32,577 bases of DNA. It comes from Octopus sinensis. Its lineage: Eukaryota. A program made the translations under genes and the position numbers. Position 1 is the stretch's first letter; each line of letters opens with the position of its first letter. Location: assembly GCF_006345805.1 (NCBI RefSeq), contig NW_021832154.1, positions 1 to 32,577 of the forward strand. Direction: 5' to 3'. The notes under the pieces were generated by a model. It saw only the letters and a program-made list of their open reading frames with translations. It made no database searches and was not told where the DNA came from. Positions 12,454 to 23,899 of this stretch are shown piece by piece.

Positions 12454-12494
12454 TAAAGGAATTTTTTTAAATCGTCGTTCAACTCCATTCTTTC

Positions 12495-12551
<57 letters not shown>

Positions 12552-12559
12552 TATATATA

Positions 12560-12602
<43 letters not shown>

Positions 12603-12615
12603 ATATATATAGAGA

Positions 12616-12655
<40 letters not shown>

Positions 12656-13266
12656 ATGGATAGCTGAATAGATAGACAGATAACCAGATATATAGATATA
12701 AATATAAATGCATATTCAAATATACACATACATATATACGCATAAAAACATGTAATCCTTTGTACCCACAAACACATGTATATGAATACACAGACGCATG
12801 CACACACCATACACATATGTATGCACACATACACATGAAAAAAACTATCACATGCTCGCTTAATGCTTGGTGGATTTTAGCATCCACCTAGTCACATCGC
12901 ATTTCTCGACACTGACTGCTTTCAAACATTTCATATTACACCAACAATCGCTCCATCGCGCATCAACACCAAGGACCAACATTAGGTAGCCGGAAGTGTT
13001 AGCATTCTCCAATGAAATTTCCTAATTTCTCAGCTATCCGATAGCGTCTCCTTTCACTCATCTCAAATGTTTACCCATGTTGCACTTGGGAAAACCGCCG
13101 GATATCCGATGTCTTCCTATGCAGTTAATTCAATGTTTTCACAGAGTCAACCAAATATGTTTTATTGTTTTGCTAACAGATCTTGCACAGATTCTATTTA
13201 CAGAAACTTTCTTTTCTTGTCATAGTCATCTCTGTTGCATCCATCTGCCTGTCGGCCAGTCTGTCA

Positions 13267-13313
<47 letters not shown>

Positions 13314-13450
13314 AGTCTGTCTGTCTGTCTGTTATCTATCTGCAATACTACGTATCGAATTAAATAACTACGTAACTATTTTATTCTTTGTCTTTCTCTC
13401 TCTCTCTCTCTGTATTCTCTGTATTATGCATATATGTATGTATATATATA

Positions 13451-13499
<49 letters not shown>

Positions 13500-14355
13500 G
13501 TGTGTGTGTGTGGTGTATGTGTGTGGATGTAATATGGAAGGCACCATGTGACAGAAGCAGACCCTTTCCCTAAACTCAGTAAATTCGTATAAACGTACCC
13601 AAGGTCCCAAATTCGCTTTCGTGAATTCGCTTTCGCTTTCGCTTTCGTGAATTTGTTTTGAGTGATTAAAGTATTGTACATCACGGAACCCGCTTCTCAG
13701 CGCAATCACCAACAAGACCGGCGGCACAACAGAGGTTGAGACGACCAGAAACCAACTGCTCTTCAGTTTTTCTATATAAGTTTACCGTCTCCTAGAAGGA
13801 TGTTCTAATGAGAACTAGGGTCCTTCACACCCGGTGTTTCCCATGTTAGCTAACGCTAATAAGCGCTACCATTCTGCTTTATAGTAGACCTACCAACAGC
13901 AGAATAGTGGCTAAGAGATGGTTCCAAGTTATTCTAAAAAACTGGAACTTTCATACCACATTCTTGATGAAATATAAAATATAATAATCCCCATATATAT
14001 ATATATATATATGTTGTGGGCGTATGTGTATGTATGTGTGTGCGTGTGTGTGTATTCATGTATGTATATATGTATATATGTATATATATATTTATATACA
14101 GAGCTAATAGTTCACGAGAAATATAATTCACGAAAAAATAATTTGCGAAGATACCATTGACTCTGTTATGATCTAGTATAACAATTTAAAAATGATGATA
14201 ACAGAATCAACGATACAGGCAATAGCAGACCCCACCGCCCAAACGCATTAAATAGCTGAACAATTAAAATTAATCAAAGGATATACTAAGCATGTATATC
14301 TGCTGGAAACAACAGTTAAATCTCTTAAGAGATTCATTAATATAGAATCTCCGCT

Positions 14356-14740
14356 ACGGCGGCGAGCTGGCAGAAACGTTAGCACGTTGCCGTAATTCGT
14401 CTGGCATTACGTTCTGAGTTCAAATTCCGCCGAGGTCGACTTTACCTTTCATCCTTTCGGGGTCGATTAAATAAGTACCAGTTACGCACTGGGGTCCATA
14501 TAATCGACTTAATCTGTTTGTCTGTCCTTGTTTGTCCCCTCTGTGTTTAGACCCTTGTGGGTAGTAACGAAATAGGTATTTCATCTGCGGCTACGTTCTG
14601 AGTTCAAATTCCGTCGAGGTCGACTTTACCTTTCATTCTTTCGTGGTCGATAAATTAAGTACTAGTTGCGTTCTGATGTCGATCTAATTGACTGCCGCCC
14701 CCCTACCAAAATTTCCACCCTTGTGCCTAGAGTACAAAAG
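14356..14740 (+). mobile_element. SINE family A full-length dimer with 17-bp target-site duplication
   Basis: aatatagaatctccgct at 14339-14355 and 14741-14757; tRNA-like head ggcggcgagctggcagaaacgttagcacg; gagttcaaattcc twice. Confidence 0.92.
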
Positions 14741-15266
14741 AATATAGAATCTCCGCTCCCCACAGCGAGACAACACAGCAGCAGCAGCAGCAGCAACAGC
14801 ATCAGCATCAGCAGCAGCAGCACCACCACCACTATCATCAAAACAACTACCTCAACAATTTCTTTAAGTATCCATACGAATGTAAAGAAAACTAATACGG
14901 CATTACAGCTACAACGATAGAATCGGTAAATGATATGGTACCCTCGTTACTTACATCAACAATATAAGACAACAATAAATATGTATGTGTATTTTGGAAC
15001 ACCGTGCCAATAACAGCAGACAGGTTTGGGTATTAGACATTAGTACATTGCATATTGGGAGACTGCAAATGAATATATCAGACGTTTGGCTGATAGCCCA
15101 TCGATCTATCGATGAAGACATCTGCAACGTTTTAATGACTTCGTGTAGTCTTAATGTTTGATCGTTTTCTTGGTTTCGTCTTCTGAAAATTTATACTGGA
15201 ACGACAGACACCATTACATACGGATAAGAACACGAATGCATACGCACGTGCACATGCCTATATCTA

Positions 15267-15321
<55 letters not shown>

Positions 15322-15511
15322 ATGCTGTATATGCACGCATATATGTAATATATAAATATATATTATACGCGTGGGCGTATAACAAACATTCACATATGTT
15401 TATTATATATGTAATGCATGTATATTGCGTATATAATTTAATATCTGTATAAATGTATATGTAAGTACGCATGTATATATATACACATGTATATGTATGT
15501 TTATATATATA

Positions 15512-15551
<40 letters not shown>

Positions 15552-15640
15552 GGGGAGAATTCATGGAAAAAACAAAAGACGAAGACAGGTGGTGTGCAAA
15601 ACAAACAGATGTATTAGTATAACGCTCAGGATTAGAAAAC

Positions 15641-15678
15641 GTCTTTTACGTTTCGAGCCTACGCTCTTCTACAGAAAG
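15641..15678 (-). ncRNA. Variant minimal hammerhead-like motif (CUGUAGA core)
   Basis: Minus strand: cttt-CTGTAGA-a-gagc gtag gctc-GAAA-c-GTA-aaag. Stems I and II pair, but core position A6 is U. Confidence 0.4.
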
Positions 15679-15997
15679 GGACAAAGAAAAAAACATGGAG
15701 AGAAACAAGGAGAGAAAACATGTGTGTAGTGGCTAACGATCTATCATGGCTAACGATCTATCATATATATATGCACAAGGTATGGGGGTTTAGTTCACAG
15801 GTAATCTCTACGATTAGGTACGCTAGGTAAGTGCTGTAACAGATTACTGGGGTTCCAAGGTTATAGGCGAGTCGGTAGTTTTGGACTCAGTGCAGATTTC
15901 CGATGCAGCGGATATACAATTGCTTAACAGAACTTCAAACATTAAGACAAGGCAAACATCCCAAGTCATATACGATATTACTATAGGAAGAAATTCA

Positions 15998-16057
15998 AAA
16001 TCTTACAGCTGTTTCTGGGATATCCCCGAGTATGGGATATTCCGTCATCAGAGACAA
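15998..16057 (-). ncRNA. Type I hammerhead ribozyme motif, left member of an inverted pair
   Basis: Minus strand: ttgtct-CTGATGA-cggaatatccc atactcg gggatatccca-GAAA-c agct g-TA-agat; palindromic AGCT loop on stem III. Confidence 0.65.
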
Positions 16058-16240
16058 ATTGGGAAAAAACTATGGAAAATAACAATGCTATATATCAATA
16101 AGATGACAATATAGTTCAACTATATTTGAACTATGAACTTCTACGCTTCTCTCTTTCCATCTCCTTATTCTATTACTCCCTTCTATGTTGTCATCTTATT
16201 GATATATACCATTCTCATTTTCCCCTATTTCGTCCCCAAT

Positions 16241-16305
16241 TTGTCTCTGATGATGTCCCCGAGTATGCGATACTCGGGGATACCCCTGAAACAGCTGTAA
16301 GATAG
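16241..16305 (+). ncRNA. Type I hammerhead ribozyme motif, right member of an inverted pair
   Basis: ttgtct-CTGATGA-tgtccccgagtat gcg atactcggggata-cccct-GAAA-c agct g-TA-agatag; 13-bp stem II with 5 unpaired nt before GAAA. Confidence 0.62.
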
Positions 16306-16891
16306 TGCATGTGTTTGACGTTCTGTTTAACAATATAATAGTTAAAAAGAAAATATATATAAAAGTATGTATATACATAAAAGTATGTATATATATATAT
16401 ATATACATATAAAGGAAGGGGTGATAGATGAATAATGAAGGAAGGGTTGATGTCATACTTGGTAGTGGGATGATGAAAATTGTACGCTGAAAAGTAAATC
16501 AAACAGCGTTTCAATTCTGTGTGAATATATGTGTGTGTATGTAAAAGGAGGGGTTTATGAATGTGTGAGCGTGTGCCTATGTGTGTGTGGTATGTGTGTG
16601 TGTGTGTGTTAGTGTGTGTGCGCGCGCAATGGGTGTGGGATGGTTCAGCTTTGTTCGTTTAGTATTTAGGATTATTTTTTGATTTGGCTTAATCTTGGTT
16701 GGTTTTTTCTATGTTGGTCAGTTATTTTTATAATTCTAAAACTGTTTTTTAACGTAAGCTTGCCCAAACAAGTCGAATGATTACACAGAAAAAAGTTTTA
16801 CAGCCACATCATTCAAACCGACCGGATGAAACCGAGGTTAGCTGCTAATATATATATATATATATATTATTATATATATATATATATATAT

Positions 16892-17302
16892 TACTCTCTT
16901 TTACTCTTTTACTTGTTTCAGTCATTTGACTGCGGCCATGCTGGAGCACCGCCTTAGTCGAGCAAATCGACCCCGGGACTTATTCTTTGTAAGCCCAGTA
17001 CTTATTCTATCGATCTCTTTTGCCGAACCACTAAGTGACGGGGACGTAAACACACCAGAATCGGTTGTCAAGCAATGCTAGGGGGTCAAACACAGACACA
17101 AAACATATACACACACACTTATATATATATACATATATACGACAGGCTTCTTTCAGTTTCCGTCTACCAAATCCACTCACAAGGCATTGGTCGGTCCGGG
17201 GCTATAGTAGAAGACACTTGCCCAAGATGCCAGGCAGTGGGACTGAACCCGGAACCATGTGGTTGGTTAGCAAGCTACTTACCACACAGCCACTCCTGCG
17301 CC
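16892..17302 (-). mobile_element. SINE family B, full-length young copy inserted in (TA)n
   Basis: Reverse complement begins ggcgcaggagtggctgtgtggtaagtagc..ggttcagtccc and ends gactgaaacaagtaaaagagtaaaagagagta; (TA)n on both sides. Confidence 0.92.
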
Positions 17303-17344
<42 letters not shown>

Positions 17345-17651
17345 TATATACATATATATACATATATAGTAATATAAATAATATATATATATATGCATAT
17401 ATACATACATATATATATGTACATACCTACATATATATGTATATATACGTATATATATATAATTCATGTACGAGTACAGGACGTACAAAAACGCGAACAA
17501 AATGAAAAATGAGAACAGAAAACAACAAAAACATGGAAAACGAACATTATTTCGAACAACGAAAGCAATAAAGAGTGAAACGAGACAGGCAACATAAAGA
17601 ACATTCCCGTCGTCAGTTGTCCCCTGTTTTGTCTACACCGCGTTTCGAACG

Positions 17652-17688
17652 TATATATATATATATATATATATAGCGAGAGAGGGAA

Positions 17689-17719
<31 letters not shown>

Positions 17720-17965
17720 TACATGCACCCCCCCCCATATATATATATATATATATATAATATATATATATATATACATATACATAATGTGTGTATGTAT
17801 ATAAATATACATACACACACTGACACACATATATATATATGTTTATGTGTATGTATCTATATATATGTATATATCTATATATATATGTATATATACGTAT
17901 ATATATATATATGCATATATACATACATATATATATATATATCTATATATATATGTATATATACG

Positions 17966-17996
<31 letters not shown>

Positions 17997-18002
17997 GTAT
18001 GT

Positions 18003-18036
<34 letters not shown>

Positions 18037-18150
18037 TATACATATACATAATGTGTGTATGTATATAAATATACATACACACACTGACACACAATATATA
18101 TATGTTTATGTGTATGTATCTATATATATGTATATATCTATATATATATG

Positions 18151-18234
<84 letters not shown>

Positions 18235-18249
18235 TACATGCACCCCCCC

Positions 18250-18303
<54 letters not shown>

Positions 18304-18692
18304 CGTATGCATATATGTGTGTGTATGTGTAAATACACACACAGAAGAACACATATACAAGCACATACTTAATTGCACGCACTTCGATTTGTATGCGTTT
18401 GTGTGTGTAATAATGAATATATACGGAATTACGATATACGCATACTTATACATGCATATGAATATATTTATGAACTTTTATATGTGTATTTGTCCGGGTA
18501 CGTCTGTATGTATGCATGTATGTATGTGTGTGTGTGTGTGCGTATATATATATGTATGTTATATATATATATATATATATACATATACATAATGTGTGTA
18601 TGTATATAAATATACATACACACACACACACACATATATATATATGTTTATGTGTATGTATCTATATATATGTATATATCTATATATATATG

Positions 18693-18726
<34 letters not shown>

Positions 18727-18810
18727 TAATATATAAACACACGCACACATCCACCCACAAACACCTACACGAACACACACATATACACACAGACACGCGC
18801 ACACACACAC
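17652..18810. repeat. Microsatellite mosaic with higher-order duplications
   Basis: Marker catatacataatgtgtgtatgtatataaatatacatacacacac at 17777, 18041 and 18582; marker atacatgcaccccccc at 17719 and 18234. Confidence 0.88.
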
Positions 18811-20089
18811 ACATTCTCAGACATGGTCACACACTCACGCACTTATGCAAATATAAGCACATGCGCGCGCAACTATTGACTGGTTTTCGCTTGGCTTGTT
18901 GAAAGTCTCAGATAACTTCTGTTTATAATGAAAATGCATCTTTCATCGCATACATCCATACACTTGTGTGCATTCTATACACTCATGCAAACATGTGGAT
19001 GCAATATGTGTAGTTTGCATGTGCAGCGATGCTTAATCTAATCTGGATTCCGTTTTAGGCTAAGAAAGTCTTTTAATGTACATGTAATGTGGTCGCGATT
19101 AATGGCGTTTATCGGTAACACGCACATGCACACGTGAGCACATGAATGTGTGCGTGTGCGTGACTGTTCATGTGTGTGAGTGTGTGTGTATCCATATATA
19201 TATATATATATAATATATATATACATTTATATGTATAGGTAGGTAGATAGATTGATATGATGATAGATATACAAGCATATATATATATATATATGCATGT
19301 ATGTATGCATATATGCATAAATGCACCCACATATATTATATATACATGTGTTGGGATATATATTTCTATATCCATATATGCATATGTACATGAATAATAT
19401 ATTCATACACACACACACACACACACACACATACAGACACACACACACACACATATATATATACACACATATATATATACGTATATATATATAGAGATAG
19501 ATATGTATGTACATACATGCATATATATGTCTAACTCTCTCTATATATATTGACATGCCCCAAAGTTTACACGCATTTATATTCAAACATGCACACATGC
19601 ATACACACATACATATATACATACACATACATATATACATACACACATACATATATATATACATATATATATATACACATGCATATGTATACACTCACGT
19701 GTATACTAAGTCGCACATGCACACACACACACACGTTTATATACACAGTGATTCACAAAAATTATTACACCCTTGCCTCTCGTATTTATTTCATTCATTT
19801 TCTCTCTTACAATGAAATTTCTGTCACAACGTCTGCTTCTTTTCTCATCTTACTCCAAATGCATTATCATATCTACAACAAACTCTGCTGCAAGTTTGTT
19901 GTAATATACAGAAATAGCGATGCTCTTGGATGAGGACGCTGATTATAGTTTTTAAGTTCCCCAAAGAAAATGATCTCCTTAGCTAACAGTGTAACCTTGA
20001 GTGATGGTGACTTAGAAAATGAAGATTTTGTTGCAGCCTGATATTGTTATTGGTTCTGCTTTCTACACTTTTCCACTGCATCTCCAAAT

Positions 20090-20480
20090 TCTTGGTTAAA
20101 ATTCGTTTAAGGTGACTTTTGCTGCCACATCTGTAACAACTAGGTTTTCTCTTTGTCTTTGATTTACTGACTACAACGGGACATTCTTTGTGGAATAACC
20201 TTGTATTCTTGTAGTCATAGGACTTGCAAGTTTTTGCTGACTTCTTTCAGCAACTTATCATTTCTCATTACTTGTGCTGTTATCACCCACACATTTCCCG
20301 GCAGAAAGGTGACAACTGCTGTGTCGTAATTGTCGTCTCCGTATTATGATATCACAGGTATTAGGAAACAAGTGTGTAAGCAAGTAAACACCATCCATTT
20401 CTGCCTGTCTCCGAACCCCTCCCTCGAACCTCAACGTGAAATAAATGATGTTGCTGGCTGTTCTCTTTATCGAGAAGATG
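20090..20480 (-). pseudogene. Highly decayed gag-like/LINE ORF1 relic with CCHC zinc knuckle(s)
   Basis: Minus frame reads ..FHKECPVVVSKSKTKRKPSCYRCGSKSHLKR (C-x2-C-x4-H at 20103-20138, last Cys lost) and an upstream PFCR..CG remnant; many stops and frameshifts. Confidence 0.45.
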
Positions 20481-20967
20481 TTTGACTTGTCCAGATGTTT
20501 ACCAGAACATCTATTTCTGATATTTAGGGATCAGAGAAAGTTTCCAAAAGTACACGAGTTTCCTTCGTGATCCTTAAAAGTACGTGAGATTCCTTGGTGA
20601 TTCTTAAGATAAAAATGCAGACTTTATAAATGATGGTGTCGAAGGCTTTGCTTCTTTTCATGGACAAATTACTTGTCCGGACCTTCCGAAGGGACTATTT
20701 TTCTGGTTCCTTGAAAACACGGAGTAATTTTCGTCTTCCTTTGTCAGGTAAAGATATGTAAATTTTCTTCGTGCTTTCTCCAGAATAAAATCCTAGACAA
20801 GGAGATGTAGACCTCCTAAATGCTGCTTCGGCAATTTTCCAGTTCGACCTATGCTTCTTGTATGGGAAGAGGCAATTTTACCATACGTGCAACCATCTGC
20901 GTATTTCTTGCTCAGCTTTGTTTGTGACCATGGGTGAGAATCAAGTGTCCATGGGTGAGAACCATGG

Positions 20968-21221
20968 TTGTGTCTGGGTGGAGTCATTCTCTTTTAGTGT
21001 CTTATTATTTAACACATTCACCGGTAAAGTTTCCACTCGTTTACTTATTCATTTTCCCATAAAATGTTCGTTGTGTCTTGAGACATTTTCAGTACTGAAA
21101 AGCTTCCGAGATACAACGAAAACTTTAAAAATAATTAAGTAAATGAGAGGAAACTTTACCGGTGAATGTGTTAAATAATAATGCACTAAAAGAGAATGGC
21201 TCCCCCTCCGCCACTGACACA
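20968..21221. repeat. Palindromic element of about 250 bp (foldback/MITE-like)
   Basis: 68-bp arms 20980-21047 and 21136-21203 match at 63/68; inner ttcgttgtgtcttg/cgagatacaacgaa; central 16-bp palindrome ttttcagtactgaaaa. Confidence 0.88.
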
Positions 21222-21311
21222 ACAGAATACGCTTCAACACACGAACTCACATAAAGAATCTTGCAAAACCAGAAGAATCTTGCAGAGCGAAATATATATA
21301 CAAACACACAC

Positions 21312-21459
21312 ACGACAGATTGCTTTTCAGTTTCCGTCTGCCAGACCTAGTCACTAAAGTTTTGATCGGCCGGAGGACGCTTGCCCAAGGTGCCACGCAG
21401 TGGAACTGAACCAGGAGTCATGTGGTTGGGAAGTAAGCTTCTTACCGCACGTCTGCGCC
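21312..21459 (-). mobile_element. SINE family B 5' half
   Basis: ttttcagtttccgtct..cttgcccaaggtgccacgcagtggaactgaacc..ctgcgcc matches the 16892-17302 copy. Confidence 0.82.
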
Positions 21460-21904
21460 ATTATATTTTCGTTAAAAGCTAGTTTGTTTGGGCTTCTTAC
21501 TTCATTTTTCCTTTCACTTTTCACATTTCTGAGTTCGTTGCTCGACTTACTTAATGCCATTAGCAGTGAAATTGAACCAAAATAAAATTAAAATGTTCAA
21601 CAAAAAAAACCCCAAAAAACCCACAAAAACCCCAATTAAATAAAAACAAGATGCTCCAATCGTAAAAATGAAATTAGGCGACAAAAACGTGCGAAAATAT
21701 TAATCCAGATCCCAAAGGTGTTGATATCCATATGGTATCAAGTCCGCCCCCACATCTACTAAAATGCAATCGTATTCCTTCGAGAACGAAGAATGTGGTT
21801 GTTTACAAGCGAAGCACGTAAAAGAGCCGTGTTTTGAAATTCCTTGCATCGAGGAAGTCATTCACAAGTAGCAGCGGAGCAAACGAAGAACATGTGAACT
21901 CAAA

Positions 21905-21989
21905 TATCCGTCCATCTATCCATCCGTCCCTCCCTCCGTTCATCTATTCATCCATCCGTCTATCCATCCATCCATCCATCCATCCATCC

Positions 21990-22081
<92 letters not shown>

Positions 22082-22163
22082 GTCCGTCCGTCCGTCCGTC
22101 CATCCATCCATCCATCCGTCCAGCTGTCCGTCCATCCGCCCGTCCGTCCGTCCATCCATCCAT

Positions 22164-22194
<31 letters not shown>

Positions 22195-22404
22195 GCTGTC
22201 CGTCCATCCGCCCGTCCGTCCGTCCATCCATCCATCCATCCATCCATCCATCCATCCATCCATTCATCCATCCATCTATCCATCCATCCGTCCGTCCGTC
22301 CATCTATCCATCCATCCATCCGTCCATCTGTCCTTCCATCCGTCCCTCCCTCCGTCCATCTATTCATCCATCTATCCATCCATCCATCCATCTATCTATC
22401 TATA

Positions 22405-22446
<42 letters not shown>

Positions 22447-22522
22447 CCTATCTATCTATCTATCTATCTATCCATCCGTCCAGCTGTCTGTCCATCCGCC
22501 CATCCGTCCGTCCGTCCGTCCG
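21905..22522. repeat. Compound tetranucleotide array (CCAT/CTAT/CCGT) with an internally duplicated unit
   Basis: Direct reading; ccgtccagctgtccgtccatccgccc occurs twice about 72 bp apart, with a variant near 22477. Confidence 0.93.
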
Positions 22523-22540
22523 TCGAACTAGCGACAACTA

Positions 22541-22846
22541 AGTGTGGCTTTGTGGTTAGGGTATTCGGTACACGGTCGTAAGGTCGCGAGTTTGATTCCC
22601 AGCGGCGGGTTGTGTCCTTGAGCAAGACGTTTTATTTCACGTAGCTCCACTTCACGCAGCAGGCAGAAACAAGTCGTATCTGCATTTCAAAGAGCCGGCC
22701 TTGTCACATTGTGTGTCACGCTGATCTCCCGGAGAACTCCGATAAAGGTACACGTTTTCTGTGGAGTACTCGGTCACTTGCGCTAATTTCATGTGCAAGT
22801 TGTTCCGCTGATATGATCAACTAGAACACTGATCGTCGCAACCGAA
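22541..22846 (+). mobile_element. tRNA-derived SINE (family C)
   Basis: A/B-box-like gtggctttgtggttag..gagtttgattccc followed by gtgtccttgagcaagacg (CORE-like); related head to 29546-29878. Confidence 0.75.
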
Positions 22847-23335
22847 GTCAAGTAACACAAGGAACGACCCTTCATCAGTTGTCGGCTGTTTTTCTTACCG
22901 TATTTCGAGAAATTCACCAGAAACGCCTTCGATAAAATAGTTGCTCCCGCAAAGCAAATTAAATAAAATTTGCGAATTTGCAGAGGGTCAAGATTGGTGA
23001 AAAAAAAAAAAAAGGACAGTGAAAACAAACAGGAAAGGCTGCTAATCCTAAACGAGGTTGTGGTGGCGAAGGAAAGAAACAAGTCTGGACAGGAGACAGA
23101 GAACAATACGTCTTCTCTGTCCAGCTGAAACAGGAAGAAAGAAAGTTAGAAGAATAGCCGATGGTCACGTGGGGGCCACGTGAGCAAAGGAGGAAGAGTG
23201 GGGGAGAAAGAGTGACAGACAGAGAACTGTGAAGGGGAGAAGAAAAGATTTGGAGACAGGATAAGAGAGAAAAAGAGAGAGAGAGAAAAGGGAAGGCAAA
23301 AGAAAGGAAAAGAGAAAACGAATGAGTAGGAGGAT

Positions 23336-23461
23336 ATTCACAAGGCTTTGGTCGACCCGAGGCTATAGTAGAAGACACTTGCCCAAGGTACCATGCAGCG
23401 AGACTAAACCTGAAATCCTGTGGTTGTGAAACAAGCCTCTTATCTCACAGCCACGCCTGCG
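23336..23461 (-). mobile_element. SINE family B 5' half
   Basis: cacaaggctttggtcgacccgaggctatagtagaagacacttgcccaagg..cacagccacgcctgcg. Confidence 0.85.
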
Positions 23462-23486
23462 ATGTCAAAAATATAAAAAATTATAT

Positions 23487-23899
23487 GGAACTTTTCGGTT
23501 TGAACGGCAGTTTTTCTAGCGGTGTCATATGAAATTGTCACCCATAATTATGACCCTAGTATCGATCTATTGCATTTCCATCTATTTTAGGGTTAGGGTT
23601 AGGGTGGGGGGAAGGGTATCTTTTTTTCTTCACAAATGTAAATAAACCCAATCTGTTTCTTAAACGAGGGACATATTCATACGGCACAGAATGTTTTTTA
23701 CCTCAAATACGTCAGTGATTGGTTGAAATTGCAGAAATTGAAGAAAAAAACAACAAATATCTTTACAAACTGTAGAATTTTCTCAATAAAGCCAAGAGAA
23801 AAGATGTTTTATAAACACATTCTACCAGTATACGACGTTTAACATTTTTTAGTTACCTAGAAATTATGTTAAAAACTGCCGTTCAAACCGAAAAGATCC
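23487..23899. mobile_element. Non-autonomous DNA transposon (MITE), Merlin-like termini, containing (TTAGGG)3
   Basis: 29-bp TIRs gga(a/t)cttttcggtttgaacggcagttttt (23487-23515, 23871-23899; 1 mismatch); 8-bp direct repeat aattatat at 23479-23486 and 23900-23907. Confidence 0.85.

Noticed and set aside
13865-13911. 14-bp hairpin as a pre-miRNA
   Set aside because: Stem too short and loop too long for a Dicer substrate.
14356-14430. tRNA genes at SINE heads (also 5213, 17240-17302, 22541, 29810-29878)
   Set aside because: Only A/B-box remnants; no complete cloverleaf, and each continues into SINE body.
15731-15764. Short tandem duplications (17-bp x2 here; also near 11869-11890 and 13608-13650) as CRISPR-like or regulatory arrays
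   Set aside because: Only two or three adjacent copies with no unique spacers; ordinary slippage products in a eukaryotic genome.
17599-17650. GAAA...CTGACGA on the minus strand (related copy at 22861-22910 with CTGATGA)
   Set aside because: Core halves are in permuted order, but stems I and II cannot be paired, so it is not a supportable hammerhead. Probably a Penelope-like terminal repeat fragment.
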